Positions 40,090 through 53,125 of a stretch of 64,000 bases of DNA are shown piece after piece. The notes under the pieces are model-generated. The model did not search any database. It was not told where the DNA came from and saw only the letters and a program-made list of their open reading frames with translations. Positions within the stretch are counted from its first letter, which is position 1. Each line of letters begins with the position of its first letter. The DNA is from Octopus vulgaris (lineage: Eukaryota): contig OX597815.1 of assembly GCA_951406725.2 (NCBI GenBank), positions 92,876,001 to 92,940,000 on the forward strand. Direction: 5' to 3'. The position numbers were made by a program, and so were the translations under genes.

Positions 40090-40133
40090 TTTACAGCACA
40101 ACATTTACATATCGTTATTATATTTATTTGTAG

Positions 40134-42288
40134 AATGCCTTTTACAAAGAAAAGGAGATACGAGTCATATACGAGCTTTGGTTTCACTGTGCTTACTTCT
40201 GGTGGAGTAGAAAAACCACAGTGTGTTCTGTGCTGAAGCCCAGCAGGCTAAAGAGGCATTTGGAAACAAAACATCCCAGAGCAGTCAACAAAGACAAGGA
40301 CTTTTTCAGACTCTACGCTGACAAATTGGTCAAATCCACACTTGAGGATGCAAGAATGTGTATTGTAGCTGGTCTGAAAGCCTCCTATGAAGCTTCAAAG
40401 AAAATTGCTGCTGCAAAAAAGCCTCATAACATTGCAGTGCAGTTAGTTCTTCCTTGCTGCAAAGATATAATCTCACTCATGCTCAGAACATCCAAACTAC
40501 AGAAGCTTACACATGATTCACCTTCCAACAATACCATCAGTTGATGAATCGCTGAGATGTCTGATAATATTTTATCTCAGGTCATCTCAAAGATAAAAAC
40601 ATCGATGTTTAACTATGTCACCATCCAAATTGATGAAACTACTGATGTGGCAGATTTAGCACAACTTTGTGTTTATGCGCGTTATGTGCACAAGAAGTGC
40701 CTGGAAGATGAATTCCTTTTTTGCGAAAGCCTCAACACTCGAACCACTGCAAATGATATATTCCAGAAAGTGGATCAATTCTTTAACACGGCCTCACCAG
40801 GCCCCCGTGCTGGTGGCATGTAAAAAGCACCATCCGATCGTGGCCGTTTGCCAGCCTCGTCTGGGAAGTAAAAGCACCCACTACACTCATGGAGTGGTTG
40901 GCATTAGGAAGGGCATCCAGCCGTAGAAACATTGCCAGATCAGACTGGGCCTGGTGCAGCCTTCTGGCTTCCCAGACCCCAGTTGAACCGTCCAACCCAT
41001 GCTAGCATGGAAAGCGGACGCTAAATTAAAGGCGCAGGAGTGGCTGTGTGGTAAGTAGCTTGTACCATGGCATAAACTGGGAGCATGCTGTTGGCGTATG
41101 CACCGACAGTGCTCCAGCAATGCTTGGTTGCCACTCTGGCTTTCAGATAATGGTGAAGGAGAAGCCTCCTGATGCAATTGGTACACATTGTACACTTCAT
41201 CGCCAAGCATTAATGGTTAAAACATTGCCTGACCATTTGAAGAATGTTTTGAATGATGTGGTCAAAGTAGTAAATTTTATCAAAACCAGTTCTCTAAACT
41301 CGCATCCTTTTGTTGACTTGTGCAAGGACAATGGCTCTGATTTTGAAATGCTTTTACTGTACTAGCATATGAGGTGGTTATCTAAGAGGAGAGTACTGAA
41401 AAGAGTCTTCATTTTACAAAAGGAGATACACGAACTTCTTCATGGTGCTAAAAAAGAACTGCGCAGACAGTTCTCCAATACTTTGTTCCTTATAAGTTTC
41501 TCCTTTTTGGTCGACATTTTTGAATCAGTTAATTCTGATAACTGTTATGAAAAAATGACTGCATTTAAAATGAAGCTCCATTTGTGACATTCTAAATTGG
41601 AATGTGAGAATTTTGCACCATTTCTGAACTTCAATACTTTCCTTGATGATGGCCTTCAAGTTGATGCTAACATCCTCAATATAATGAAACAGCATGTCTT
41701 AATTCTTCACACTGAAATTCAAAGATACTTCCCTGACCTACAAAACTTTGCAAAAGCTCATCAGTTCATCACCAATCCCTTTGCAATCTCTGTTGTTGAC
41801 CTTCCATCAGAAGATTACGTCATTCAAGAACAGTTCATTGACTTGCAGTGCCAAAAATGCCTTCTGTAACATGTGTTGCAGTGAATTCTGTATTGAAATG
41901 ATGCAGTCCTATCCAGATGTCACCAAATTGGCCCGCAAATTCATCATTCCATTCACAACAACATACGAATGTGAGATGGCTTTTGCAACTTTACTCACAA
42001 TTAAAACAAAGGCTCACAATAAACTGCATGTTGCACATGACATGAGAGTTGCATTATCAAAAATGCAGCCTAATTATTGAAGACATTTTACAGGCCAAAC
42101 AAGTTCACCCCTCTCATTAAAATTTTTTATTTTATCTCATGAAAAGTTATATCATACAAGGTCATTTTGCTTTGTTCATCTTCTCTGATTTGTAAATTTT
42201 GGGGTGGTGGTAGGGGTCTGCAAAGCTTAAAAAAAAATGGGAGGTGGTCTATAGGATGAAAGTTTCAAAAAAGTTTGGGAACCAAGGG
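40134..42288 (+). mobile_element. hAT (Buster/Charlie-type) transposase fossil with right terminus
   Basis: KPQCVLC..KPSRLKRHLETKH, IQIDETTD, GVCTDSAPAMLG, HCTLHRQAL, RWLS, PFTTTYECEMAF; many stops; GTTTGGGAACCA TIR-like end. Confidence 0.9.
40787..41062 (+). mobile_element. RTE tail plus short SINE head inserted in the hAT transposase
   Basis: Interrupts the hAT frame between KVDQFF and HGINWEH. Confidence 0.75.
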
Positions 42289-42299
42289 ACTAGATCCTA

Positions 42300-42955
42300 T
42301 TGTCAATTAAAATGGTCCCAGAAAGCTGAAAGACACTTTGGTAGGATTTAAACTCAAAATATAAAGGGGTGTTACTAGACATTCAAGGCAATTTCCATAG
42401 TAATTACTATATCTTACTATATCATTTCTGCCATCAACATCTTCATCATGCTGCTGCTACTACTACTACTACTACTACTACTACCATCACCACCACCACC
42501 ACCACTAATAGTAATAATACTACTATGACTAATAATGATAGTAATTAGTCCAAATTTTGGCACAAGACCAACAGTTTTAATGGAGAGAGTAAATCGATTA
42601 CAACGACCTCTATTTGACTGGTATGCTATTTCATTCAACCCTAAAGAGATGAAAGACAAAATTGACTCTGACAGGATTTGAACTTAAAGCTGAAAGAAAT
42701 GCTGCTAGGCATTTTGTCTGGCACATTAATGATTCTACATGTTAGCCACACTATTGTTTCAAATTTTGGTACAAAGCCAGGAGGAAGGAGTAAGCTAATT
42801 AAATCAATCTCAGTACTAAACTGGTACTTCATTTTCTTGACATCAGAAGGATGAAAGGCAAAGCTGAGCTTGGCTGGTTTTGAACTTTGAACATAAAGAA
42901 CTGGAAAATATTCTGCAAGGCATTTACCTTGATGCTCAATCAAATCTGCCAATCT
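42300..42955 (-). mobile_element. Cluster of decayed copies of a second tRNA-derived SINE
   Basis: Repeated GATGAAAGGCAAAG...GGATTTGAACT body, also at 26250, 36690 and (plus strand) 6360 and 60230. Confidence 0.65.
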
Positions 42956-43024
42956 AACACCCTTATTTAGGAACAAAAATTAATAAAGGAAGTAAGTTGT
43001 TACCAACTTAGAACTGAAAATCTG

Positions 43025-45171
43025 TCAATGTTGAAGCACCTCAGGGTAAACAATATTCATGGTGTAATTTTTTGTTGGTGTCAAAATGAATAAATTGTTA
43101 CTGCTTTCAACTTGTGAGCAAGCAACATAGAGTTGGCCATGGGAGAAGCATGTAGTAGAGAGATCAAGTGCAATTACCTTGAGGGATTGGCTGAGAGATT
43201 TGTTAATTGAAATACCAAAACTTAGTTTGACTGGAAACTGAAGTCTCTTAAATTCAAATAGGACATCTGTAGGTATGAGAGGAATTTTTGGAAATGGAAT
43301 GAAGACATTTTCTCCTTTGTGACTACCTGTTATGATTATTGCCTGCAGGACATGGGGCTTCATGGAAGTAACAATTAAGCGAGCTCCGTTACACAGGTGA
43401 GATGGGTCAAGATTCCTAAGCAATATAATGGGAACACCCAATTTTAGTGACAAGTTATTCAGTGGCATCTCAGTGGGTTTAAGTGTGTTTAAAAATTCAA
43501 CAGAATATTGAACAACCTGATCTTGATCAACTGTTGTCAATTGATCAAAAAGTCATTTCTGATGTATCTGTTAACTTTTGAAGAAGTTCATGATTGAATT
43601 TATCAACCATTTCATTGGTTGGAGCTAATACAGCTCTTTCACATTGCCAGTTTACATCAGTGTAATTGACAAATAAATTAGGAAATACTTTATCCATAAG
43701 ATCCTTAAAAGAAAGTATTATCTGACCACATCTAATTTCATGTAGCTGAAGTCTTGAGTTGAATGTTAATATCCCATTACTAATCTTAAGAAGTTCATAT
43801 GATTACCTTGTAGAAGTACTTTAATGTTGCTTGTAAGATGAAGTTTTTTTCACATCTCCAAATGTACGATTTTTTTTAAGCATGCATTGATCTCATCAGC
43901 TTTTGATCCTTTGGGGATAACTGGCAATGTTTGATGAAAATCTGCAAGAAGAACTGTTACTCCTCCCATGTGTGTGCTATTGGTTTTTATGACTTGGAAG
44001 GTACGGTCAAGTACCTCTGGAGCTCCACAATGTGACAGTGCACTCATCTCAAACAATGAGGCAAGTTTGTTGGAGAACTGTTGCCATTGCAGAGTTTTTG
44101 GTAATGTTGTACATTTGAGATTCTTTCATTGCAAGGTTTAGAGGGAATTTGAACATGGAATGTGCAGTTCTTCCCCAACGAGGAGGGTAACTGCAATACC
44201 AAAAGATGCAACACCAGAAGGTTAAATTTTATTTCCTCCCATTTAGGATTGCAGGTGACTGTGACAAAAAGATCTGGTTTTCCATATGTCATAGCATGTT
44301 GTGCTTGTTCATGCATATATCGAGGACCACCTGTGAATGATGATGGGAGGATTATAAGTTGCCCCATGTTTTGCATATCACCATTTGTCCTCAGAGCATC
44401 TTGGAGATGAACATAATTTTTAACCCTTAACTTTTTTTGATTGTTACAAATGTAGAGGAGATGCTAACTCTCAACTTTAGCATACATATCAACCAGGCAT
44501 TGCTGAAAAAGATCATAATTCATGTGTAACTGATATGATTGTTCTGATCTTAAACATTAGTTGGTAAGAATAGAAGCCATTTGATAACACCTTTTTGTTT
44601 GTAATTAGCTCTCCTGCAGCATTGAATACTAACACTGTTAAAGTATCATAGCAGGAATAAGATAAGGACACTAGAACTGTTAAAAAAGCCCTATCTTGAA
44701 ACTGGTCATAAAGAGTGGAATAACATTTCTGTAATTATACTGAAAGATCTGCTAAGGCTTTCTAATTTGCCAAGTTTCCGAATTTGTTATAATAACCAGA
44801 ATAACATTTTTTTTTTCAAATATATTTGTGAGTGTTGTGAGCGCTGTCAAATTAGCCAAATCATTATGTTACTTATAAAAACTAGAATATTTCAGCACAT
44901 AAGTGGTGATAATTGTTAACATTGTTTAAACTATAACTCTCCATGATGAAAAGGAAAATCCAAACAGTGGTACTTCAAAGTGAATGCTATAATTTGTTCA
45001 ATGTCCAGGGTCTGTATGCTTGTTTTGCATTGAGGTCTGTAGTTGGGATGCTTTTTGCTTTGGTGATTGGTGTGTCAATTAAGCTGGGATATATATTTTT
45101 TTTGTATGGTAGGGATTCACACAGACAGACAGACACATACACACACACATTCTCATCTTTATATATATAGA
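43025..45171 (-). mobile_element. Internally deleted Helitron with Rep/PIF1-helicase pseudogene
   Basis: LPSSFTGGPRYM...GKPDLFVTVTCNPKWEEI (Rep region); DFHQTLPVIP, ILLRNLDP..LCNG, RLQFPVKL, FSHGQLYVACS (PIF1); TCTATATATATAAAG 5' end at 45171; stops and frameshifts. Confidence 0.9.
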
Positions 45172-45300
45172 GTATATACATTTACACATAGACATGTATA
45201 CATGTATATCTATATATACACATATATACATCTATGCATATACAGCTATACATATACATGTATACATATACATCTATATATATATATATACATGTATGTA

Positions 45301-45346
<46 letters not shown>

Positions 45347-45411
45347 TGTATCAATATATACATTTATGCAGATGTATACATTTGTATATATATATATACA
45401 TAATATATATA
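45172..45411. repeat. Compound TA/TACA microsatellite
   Basis: Direct inspection; explains the low-complexity YI-rich ORFs. Confidence 0.95.
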
Positions 45412-45612
45412 TCTATATATATAAAGATGAGTATGTGTGTCTGTGAATCCCTGAAACTTGAGAACTACATAACCAATTTCATTCTAATTTTACACATGCT
45501 TTACTTAGGGTTCATGTAGTGTTATAGGCCCCAAAAATGTTCAAGTTCTTGCCTAGTGCGAGCCCAGAGCAATATCATATCTTCTCCACTATTTCAGTAT
45601 TACGTGTCAAAA

Positions 45613-46108
45613 GTGAAAGAATAACATCTCTCTATTATAATGTCAGATATTTTCACTTTAATGGTTTCACTTTAATACTGAAACTATTAAAGTTTGTGTG
45701 TGTGTTTATATATATATATATATATACTAGCTTAAGGTGACCTGCTCTATGTGAGGTTGTGGTTGTTAGGTTCTGTTGCTTCCTTTCTGTTTCTTATCGC
45801 CACATTCTCCCTCTTTGTTTCTCTCTCCTTTCCCTCTCACTTTCCCACTCTCTTACAATTCCTTTCTCTCGGACTCTCCCTCGCTTTCTCTTACTCTACC
45901 TTTCTCTATCTATCTCTCTCCCATTTATAAAAAAGAAAAGATCTTGAGTACGTTGAGAAAGAAAATATTTGGAAAGATCAATCATAAAAATCAGGCAGTG
46001 ACAACGAAAAGCACACTTGCCTTTTGTGAAAGAATAACATCTCTCTATTATAATGTCAGATATTTTCACTTTAATGGTTTCACTGAAACTATTAAAGTTT
46101 GTGTGTGT

Positions 46109-46142
<34 letters not shown>

Positions 46143-46444
46143 TAGCTTAAGGTGACCTGCTCTATGTGAGGTTGTGGTTGTTAGGTTCTGTTGCTTCCTT
46201 TCTGTTTCTTATCGCCACATTCTCCCTCTTTGTTTCTCTCTCCTTTCCCTCTCACTTTCCCACTCTCTTACTCTTCCTTTCTCTCGGACTCTCCCTCGCT
46301 TTCTCTTACTCTACCTTTCTCTATCTATCTCTCTCCCATTTATAAAAAAGAAAAGATCTTGAGTACGTTGAGAAAGAAAAATATTTGGAAAGATCAATCA
46401 TAAAAATCAGGCAGTGACAATGAAAAGCACACTTGCCTTTTGTG
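45613..46444. repeat. Two-copy tandem duplication, about 413-bp unit, spanning Helitron ends
   Basis: Units start at 45613 and 46026, near-identical, with GTG microhomology at the junction; each holds a TA tract and a minus-strand CTAG/hairpin end. Confidence 0.9.
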
Positions 46445-47802
46445 CGTGCCACTATTTGAGCGATTAAAAATAAGGAAAAAAAGGATTTCTTTGTTAAATT
46501 TAATATTTATTTTGGGAATTTTTCGACGATTGACCATGCAAATGAAAGCTCTAAACACATGCAGCTGTAAATTTCTTCCAGCAAAAATGAAAACTGTAAA
46601 CAATAAAAAATAAAAGGCAAAAATACGTAAAACTGAGAAATTTTTTTCAACTTCAAAAATCCCAAAATGAGGCAAATAACCAAGAAATCAAACAACTTTT
46701 TCACATTTCAGCTTTATAGATATTGATGATTATATATATATATACACACATATATATATATATGCATACACATTATATATATTTATATACACACACATAT
46801 ATATATATAAATTAAGACAATATATCTGATTAATAATATCTGTTATGATTGTGCGGTGGTGATGGGTGATAATAATTCACCATTCTAAAAGACCTGTGGT
46901 GGGAATATTTAAACTTTTGCGGTTGTCAACACTTTCTCTCTATAGATACAGACGTACAGTGAGAAAGGTGGTTGGAGAAAGAGTGACAGAGTGACGGCCA
47001 AGGTGGAGAGGGATGTCAAACATCGTTATAGAGAGAAAGTAGAGGGAAGGAAGGAAAGAGAGAGATCAAGGAAGACAGGGTGATATCTGAAAGCGAGAAA
47101 TGACAAACACTTGTCAAAGTTTGGGTTTTGTTGCCCTAGTAACCACAGCTTTTGAAGTATGGGTTTCTAACCTAGCGCAGTCACTTTCTCGCCTCTTTTT
47201 ACATGTCCCTATAAATTTTGGAGCCAATCCGACCCCATCTACTGCCCCTTAAACCGTTCCCATCCCAAAATGAGACAAAAAAATTTTTCACATTTCAGCT
47301 TTGTAGATATTGATAAAAGTAATTTTAGAGACAGAACCACCTTCAACTCAATCAACACTGAAAGGTTTTATACCCACTACTCCATAAAATGTTAAAAATT
47401 AAATCTTATACTAACTATATCTATTCTGAATCCTGTATTTTCCGTTTATAAGACTACACGTGTTTCATGAAAGTACATCGGTATTGATTAGATATGAGGT
47501 ATCTAGTTTCAATACTTACTCGGGTCGACATACTTCCAGTCTTCAGTTCCTTAAAAGATTTTTTCCTTATGTTTTTGTTCTTTAAATGTTTATTCCTTGA
47601 GTTTTTATTCCTTAAATTTTTAATTTTATTTTTTATTCCTTAAATTTTTAATATTCAGTTATTATTATTATTATTATTTGTATTTTTATTCATGTGTACA
47701 TGTTAAGTAATATTATATTGAAGATGTAGAGTATCATAGAGGTATATAAGAGATAGGGGTAGAGAAAAATGGTGAGGAATCCACATATATATGCATATAT
47801 AT

Positions 47803-48085
47803 ATCATCATCATCATCGTTTAACGCCCGTTTTTCATGCTGACATAGGTTGGATGTGTTGACTAAGATCTAGAGAGTCAGCAGCTGCACCAGGCTCCAGT
47901 CTGATCTGGCATTGTTTCTACAGCTGGATGCCCTTCCTAATGCCAACTACTCCGAGAGTGTAGTGGGTACTTTTTATGTGCCACTGGCACAGAAGCTAGT
48001 AAGGCAGGCCTGGCATTGACCATGTTCGGATGATGCTTTTTATGTGCCATCTGTATGGGAGCCAGTCAGGGGACACTGGCCTATG
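47803..48085 (-). mobile_element. RTE 3' tail fragment
   Basis: Same tail family as 24115. Confidence 0.75.
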
Positions 48086-48262
48086 CTACATGAAACCACC
48101 TCAATTCTGGGAAGAGGGTATTTTCAAGTTAAAGGAAAGATGGAGACACATTGTGCAACAAAATGGTTCAAATTTGGTAGATCAAAAATATAATGGCAAG
48201 TACTTATTGACCTTTTTCTTTCCTTTAAAAATCGGCACAAACTTTCCGGACAACCCAATATA

Positions 48263-48767
48263 TCTTCTATATATATAAAACTGTAGTTGTGTGAGTGTCT
48301 GTCCCCTTCGATTTAGATTCCTAACTACTCCCACATTTTGCGGTGCAGTTTAACCAAATTCGGGTATCTTATAGTCGTGATTCATATCGAGCCCGTCTGA
48401 GTATTAGCGCGCGTCTACGATGAGTCTACGATTTAAAAAATAATTTAACATCATTTTTTATTCCATTTTAATGCATAATTTTTCGTGTGTCAATGGCGGC
48501 GGAGTTGGCGTCCAGGGTCACACCTGCACCTGTTTGCTTCTCCTCCCTCGTGAAGCTGTGGGGAAGGGAGTGTAAGGAAATCAACGTCGTAAAGCGTTGT
48601 CAAGGAGACCAGCGTTCTTTTAGAACAACGACTTCATGGCTTGAAGACACCAAAACAGAAATGGCTAAGAAAGCCCGAATTGGCATCTATAAGGGAAGTA
48701 ACTCTCTAAAAATGCTTATATAGTTATTTCCCTTACAAACCCGAGCAACGCCGGGCGATACTGCTAG
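48263..48767 (+). mobile_element. Non-autonomous Helitron, long variant
   Basis: Same ends and body as 8411 plus about 190 bp of extra internal sequence. Confidence 0.88.
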
Positions 48768-48800
<33 letters not shown>

Positions 48801-48803
<3 letters not shown>

Positions 48804-49180
48804 GTTATATTTGGGGACGGTCATATTTTTGCCAATTAACCACATGCACGATATACTCGTTCTTCTCGTCAGCTTTATTCTTATTTTAGTGTCCTTTCTC
48901 TGAAATCTTTTGTCACACATCCTGTGATCTCTTCAGTGACTCTCCATCCCCCATATCTCTTCCTTTTCTGTTTAGTCCACAGAATGACAGAATGGACAAA
49001 AAAAGAACGAGAGAAGACATGTGGGATGGAGAGTCGCTGAAGAGATCTCAGGATGCGTAACAAAAGAGTTCAAAGAAAGGTCATCAAAATAATAAGGATA
49101 GGAAAACTGAAGTGAAGACTAAATATATTTAGTGCATGTGATTAATTGGCAAAAATATGATCATCCCCAAACACAATAGT
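48801..49180. repeat. Imperfect palindrome, about 190-bp arms
   Basis: TTTGGGGA.G.TCATATTTTTGCCAATTAA.CACATGCAC mirrored at 49132-49170; similarity continues to a centre near 48980. Confidence 0.75.
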
Positions 49181-49520
49181 CTCTGTTTCAACACACGATT
49201 TCACATCAGGAATCTTGCAAAACAAATACATAAACGTGTGTGTGTGTGTGTGACATATATGTCCCTACCTTCCAAACGTGGAGTAGATAAAACATGGGAC
49301 AACTGATGAAGAGAATGTTCATTATGTTGCCTGTCTCGTTTCTCTATTTGTTTCTTTCGTTGTTCGAAAAAAGTTCGTTTTCAATGTTTTTTTTTTGTTA
49401 TTGTTTCTCATTTTGTTGACGTTTTTTTGATGTTCTGTACCCATATATGGATATATATATATACATATATATGTCGGTATGTACATATATGTATGTATAT
49501 ATGCATGTATTTATATATTA

Positions 49521-50014
49521 CTAGCAGTATCGCCCGGCGTTGCTCGGGTTTGTAAGGGAAATAACTATATAAGCATTTTTAGAGAGTTACTTCCCTTATA
49601 GATGCCAATTCGGGCTTTCTTAGCCATTTCTGTTTTGGTGTCTTCAAGCCATGAAGTCGTTGTTCTAAAAGAACGCTGGTCTCCTTGACAACGCATTACG
49701 ACGTTGATTTCTTTACACTCCCTTCCTCACAGCTTCACGAGGGAGGGAAGGGGGAGAAGCAAACAGGTGCAGCTGTGAGCGTGGACGCCAACTCCGCCGC
49801 CATTGACACACGAAAAATTATGCATTAAAATGGAATAAAAAATGATGTTAAATTATTTTTAAAATCGTAGACTCATCGTTGACGCGCGCTAATAGCCAGA
49901 CGGGCTCGATATGAATCACGACTATAAGATACCCGAATTTGGTTAAACTGCACCGCAAAATGTGGGAGGAGTTAGGAATCTAAATCGAAGGGGACAGACA
50001 CTCACACAACTAGA

Positions 50015-50050
<36 letters not shown>
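49521..50050 (-). mobile_element. Non-autonomous Helitron, long variant, inverted relative to 48263
   Basis: CTAG and hairpin at 49521; 5' end merges into a TA microsatellite. Confidence 0.85.
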
Positions 50051-50052
<2 letters not shown>

Positions 50053-50177
50053 CTCAAGAGTGGGTGTGTTGTAAGTGGCTTGCTTACCAACCACATGGTT
50101 CCAGGCACCTTGGGCCGACCAAAGCCTTGTGAGTGGATTTGGCAGACAGAAATTGTAAGACACCTGTCATATATATA

Positions 50178-50590
50178 TGTAACGGCAGTGTTGTTAAAAT
50201 GTTGGTTGCCAGCATGCGAGATGGAAGAAGAACAGTGATCAAAATTTTAAAGAAATACTTAATTACTGTTACTTTGTATATACCCAAAGCCATGACGGGT
50301 TGGTATGTATAACTAGTAAATGGAAAAGCATGCGAGGTAAAAAGAGTTAATTTCAGCTGGTACATGTGTACACGATCTCAAAGTAGTATATATAGAGAGA
50401 GATATGGTAATGTTACAGAGAAAAAGAAGTGAATTAGTGAAAGTGAGAGTGGTGGGATGAAACAATTGTTTCGTTGATGAGTTACCATAGTTGTCCCTTT
50501 GTGCCTCTTCCTTTAGAGACGTCGTTATGTTCAGTTGCTCAGCCAGACTCGGTTCCCACTAATTTCTTAATTACCAATAAATGGCTTACA
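50178..50590 (-). mobile_element. Solo-LTR-like element
   Basis: TGTAAC...TTACA ends; second diverged copy at 19630; no clear target duplication. Confidence 0.5.
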
Positions 50591-50625
50591 CAGACGGGAC
50601 AGCATAAGGACAAAAGGAAAAACAG

Positions 50626-50972
50626 TTCTATATTTAAGAGATGAGGAATTATGTATATTATTTACATTTGACGGATATTTGTCCTCATCTTGTTTGTTGT
50701 TAACGCAACGTTTTGGCTGATATACCCTCCAGCCTTCATCAGGGGAAATTTCGAACCTGGGTTCTCATTCCTAAGGTATTTGTCGTCGTCGTCGTCGCTG
50801 CTGCTGCTGCTGCTATTATTCAGGTCACTGCCTGGAATCAGACTTGGACTCTTGGGGTTAGTAGCCCGTGCTCTTAACCAGTATGCACTATGCGTAATAA
50901 TAATAATAACATCGAAAACTACCTTAGGAATGAGAATCCAGGTTCGAAATTTCCCCAAGATACCTGATGAAG
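50626..50972. mobile_element. Penelope-like terminal repeat with short inverted second copy
   Basis: Same family as 19803 and 56567; inverted part at about 50895-50972. Confidence 0.75.
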
Positions 50973-50984
50973 GCATTTTTCCTA

Positions 50985-52690
50985 GTTAATTTTTGCTCCT
51001 GTCACTGCTTCGTATCTTTTGATGGTGTCTTCTACATGAGGTAGCTGCCCTTCATCAGACATGATGATGGTGACATCATCTGCATATGCGTCATTCTCCT
51101 ACTGTAACATACATCACACAGGTCTCCCCCCCCCCCCACCCTGTGGCCTCTAACCTCTGCAGCAGTGGCTCAAAAGCCAATACATACAGCAATACATACA
51201 GAAGCAGGAACAGGGCCCTGGCGAACGGCCTCAAGAAGAAACCGTTCACCTGGACGATTGAATCGCTGTTGCTATATTTAGCATTGATCCATCCACGGAA
51301 AGTTGGGCCCAGTCTGACTGCCTGGATGACCGCAGCAGATACCGATGGTCAACCCTATCGAATGCCTTAGACTGGTCCAAATTCACCAGTGCCCCACCTA
51401 TAGTGTAGCGTATGAGGTGAAGGTTGTTGTGTATTGTACTGCTTAGGATGACACGTCTGTACCTCTCCCACCAGGTCGCCCACGACAAGCCTCACTCTCT
51501 TGGCTAACACCTTGGCCAAAATCTTAAACTCTGTATTTAGCAAAGTTATGGGCCTAAAGTTATTAATGTCATTCCCCTTGCTTGGATCCTTCCAGATCAG
51601 TGTCACTACTTTCTGGATCACAAATTTGGGAATTCTCCCGTTCTGCTGCCAGTTTGCATATACACTGGCTAGTATGTTCCTGAACAAGTGTGACATACTC
51701 TTATAAAATTCGAAAGGAAGACCAACCAGTCCTGGCAACTTGTCCCCGAGGTACTCAGAAAGCACCTCTATGACTTCCACAGCTGTGATCGGCCCTTCAT
51801 AGTGCTCTGCCTCATGTGCTGAGAGACACGGGCTGCCAGCCAGGAAATCCCGAAGGGCATCCCCATGGTCCAGCGTCCCACTCCTCCCGAACAACACAAC
51901 AAAATGCTCCTGAAAGGCCTTACACATCTCTTCTTGTTTGTTGATTTCTTGTCCTTGTTCATTTACCAGACCTTATCGTAGCATCTACGTCACGTTGGGT
52001 TTCTACAAAGCGAGCACACCTGGAAACGTTGATACCCTTGTAACTCAGTGCATGTACTTTAGCCTGGATCTTGCAACCTCCGTGTTTGGTATTGAGGTGT
52101 TGGTCCAAGACCGATCTTGCCGCCAAAACTTGGGGTACAGAGCCCACTCTCAGCGCCTCTTCTAACACCTTATTAAGAGACCTTTCTACTTTAACTTGTT
52201 CTAGACTTAACTGTTTGCTAAATCTAATAGACTCAAGTCGAATGGCTCTTTTGATGGCAACCCACCACCAGTTATTCAACATGGTGCCGGTGAGTGCCCT
52301 CATGACTAACTCCTTAATCTGGTTGTGGTATGTTTTGCAAGCCAATAGGGTCTTGTTCAACTTCCAGTAACCAGATCCCTGTCTATGGACTTTATCTGTA
52401 TGTACCTTACACATCACTAATTTGTGATCCATCTAGGGTATATACATAAACTGTAGATGGCTAAAAGAGGACCTAGTAGTCATTATTATACTGTCTATAT
52501 AAGACCTGAGAGATCCGTCGTCATTATTCCAAGTCCACATTGGAATGCTCAGATTCTCGAGTCTGAATCGATCTGCCAGCCTAAATCGCTTCAGTAAATC
52601 GATGAAGCATGAGTTACTTTTCCTACCGGTTGAGCCAACTTTATCTAGGTGTGCGTCTAGAATAGCATTAAACTGACTTTGGCTTAAGGA
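50985..52690 (-). mobile_element. Decayed L1/Tx1-type LINE ORF2 (endonuclease and RT)
   Basis: FNAILD, WTW, DHK, GSGYWKLN, NFRPITLLNTEFKILAKVLA, LDQSKAFDRVDH, YADDVTI. Confidence 0.88.
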
Positions 52691-52979
52691 GATCTTGTTT
52701 TTATAACTATCCAAAACCAGCCAGAAGGATAGACATATTGTTGAGAACAATAGATTTCGTTGGTGGTGTGTTATCTCTATTCTAGATTTTGGTGGCCTAG
52801 AAGAGGTTAGAAGGGTCAAGTGGCAAAGACATTATTCTGCTTAGTGAAGGCATCTGGCAAATGTGACTGCTGTCACTCACAGAAAACCTATTGTTTTAGC
52901 ATGAGAAAAGTGCTATTGAACTGTTAAGTGAAATTTGGCGATTGAGGATTGAATCCATACTATGCCTGCATGAAGCCAC

Positions 52980-53027
52980 TACACACACACACACACACGC
53001 GCGCTCGCGCACATATATATATGTATG

Positions 53028-53092
<65 letters not shown>

Positions 53093-53125
53093 TTGTACCC
53101 CCACCACCACCACCACCACCATCAT
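52980..53125. repeat. Compound CA/TA/TG/CCA microsatellite
   Basis: Direct inspection. Confidence 0.95.

Noticed and set aside
45067-45519. YI/HT-rich ORFs here and at 39172, 52896 and 61300
   Set aside because: Translations of microsatellites.
48915-49070. Hammerhead-like CTGAAGA motifs in the palindrome arms
   Set aside because: GAAA is absent and I could not build helix I.
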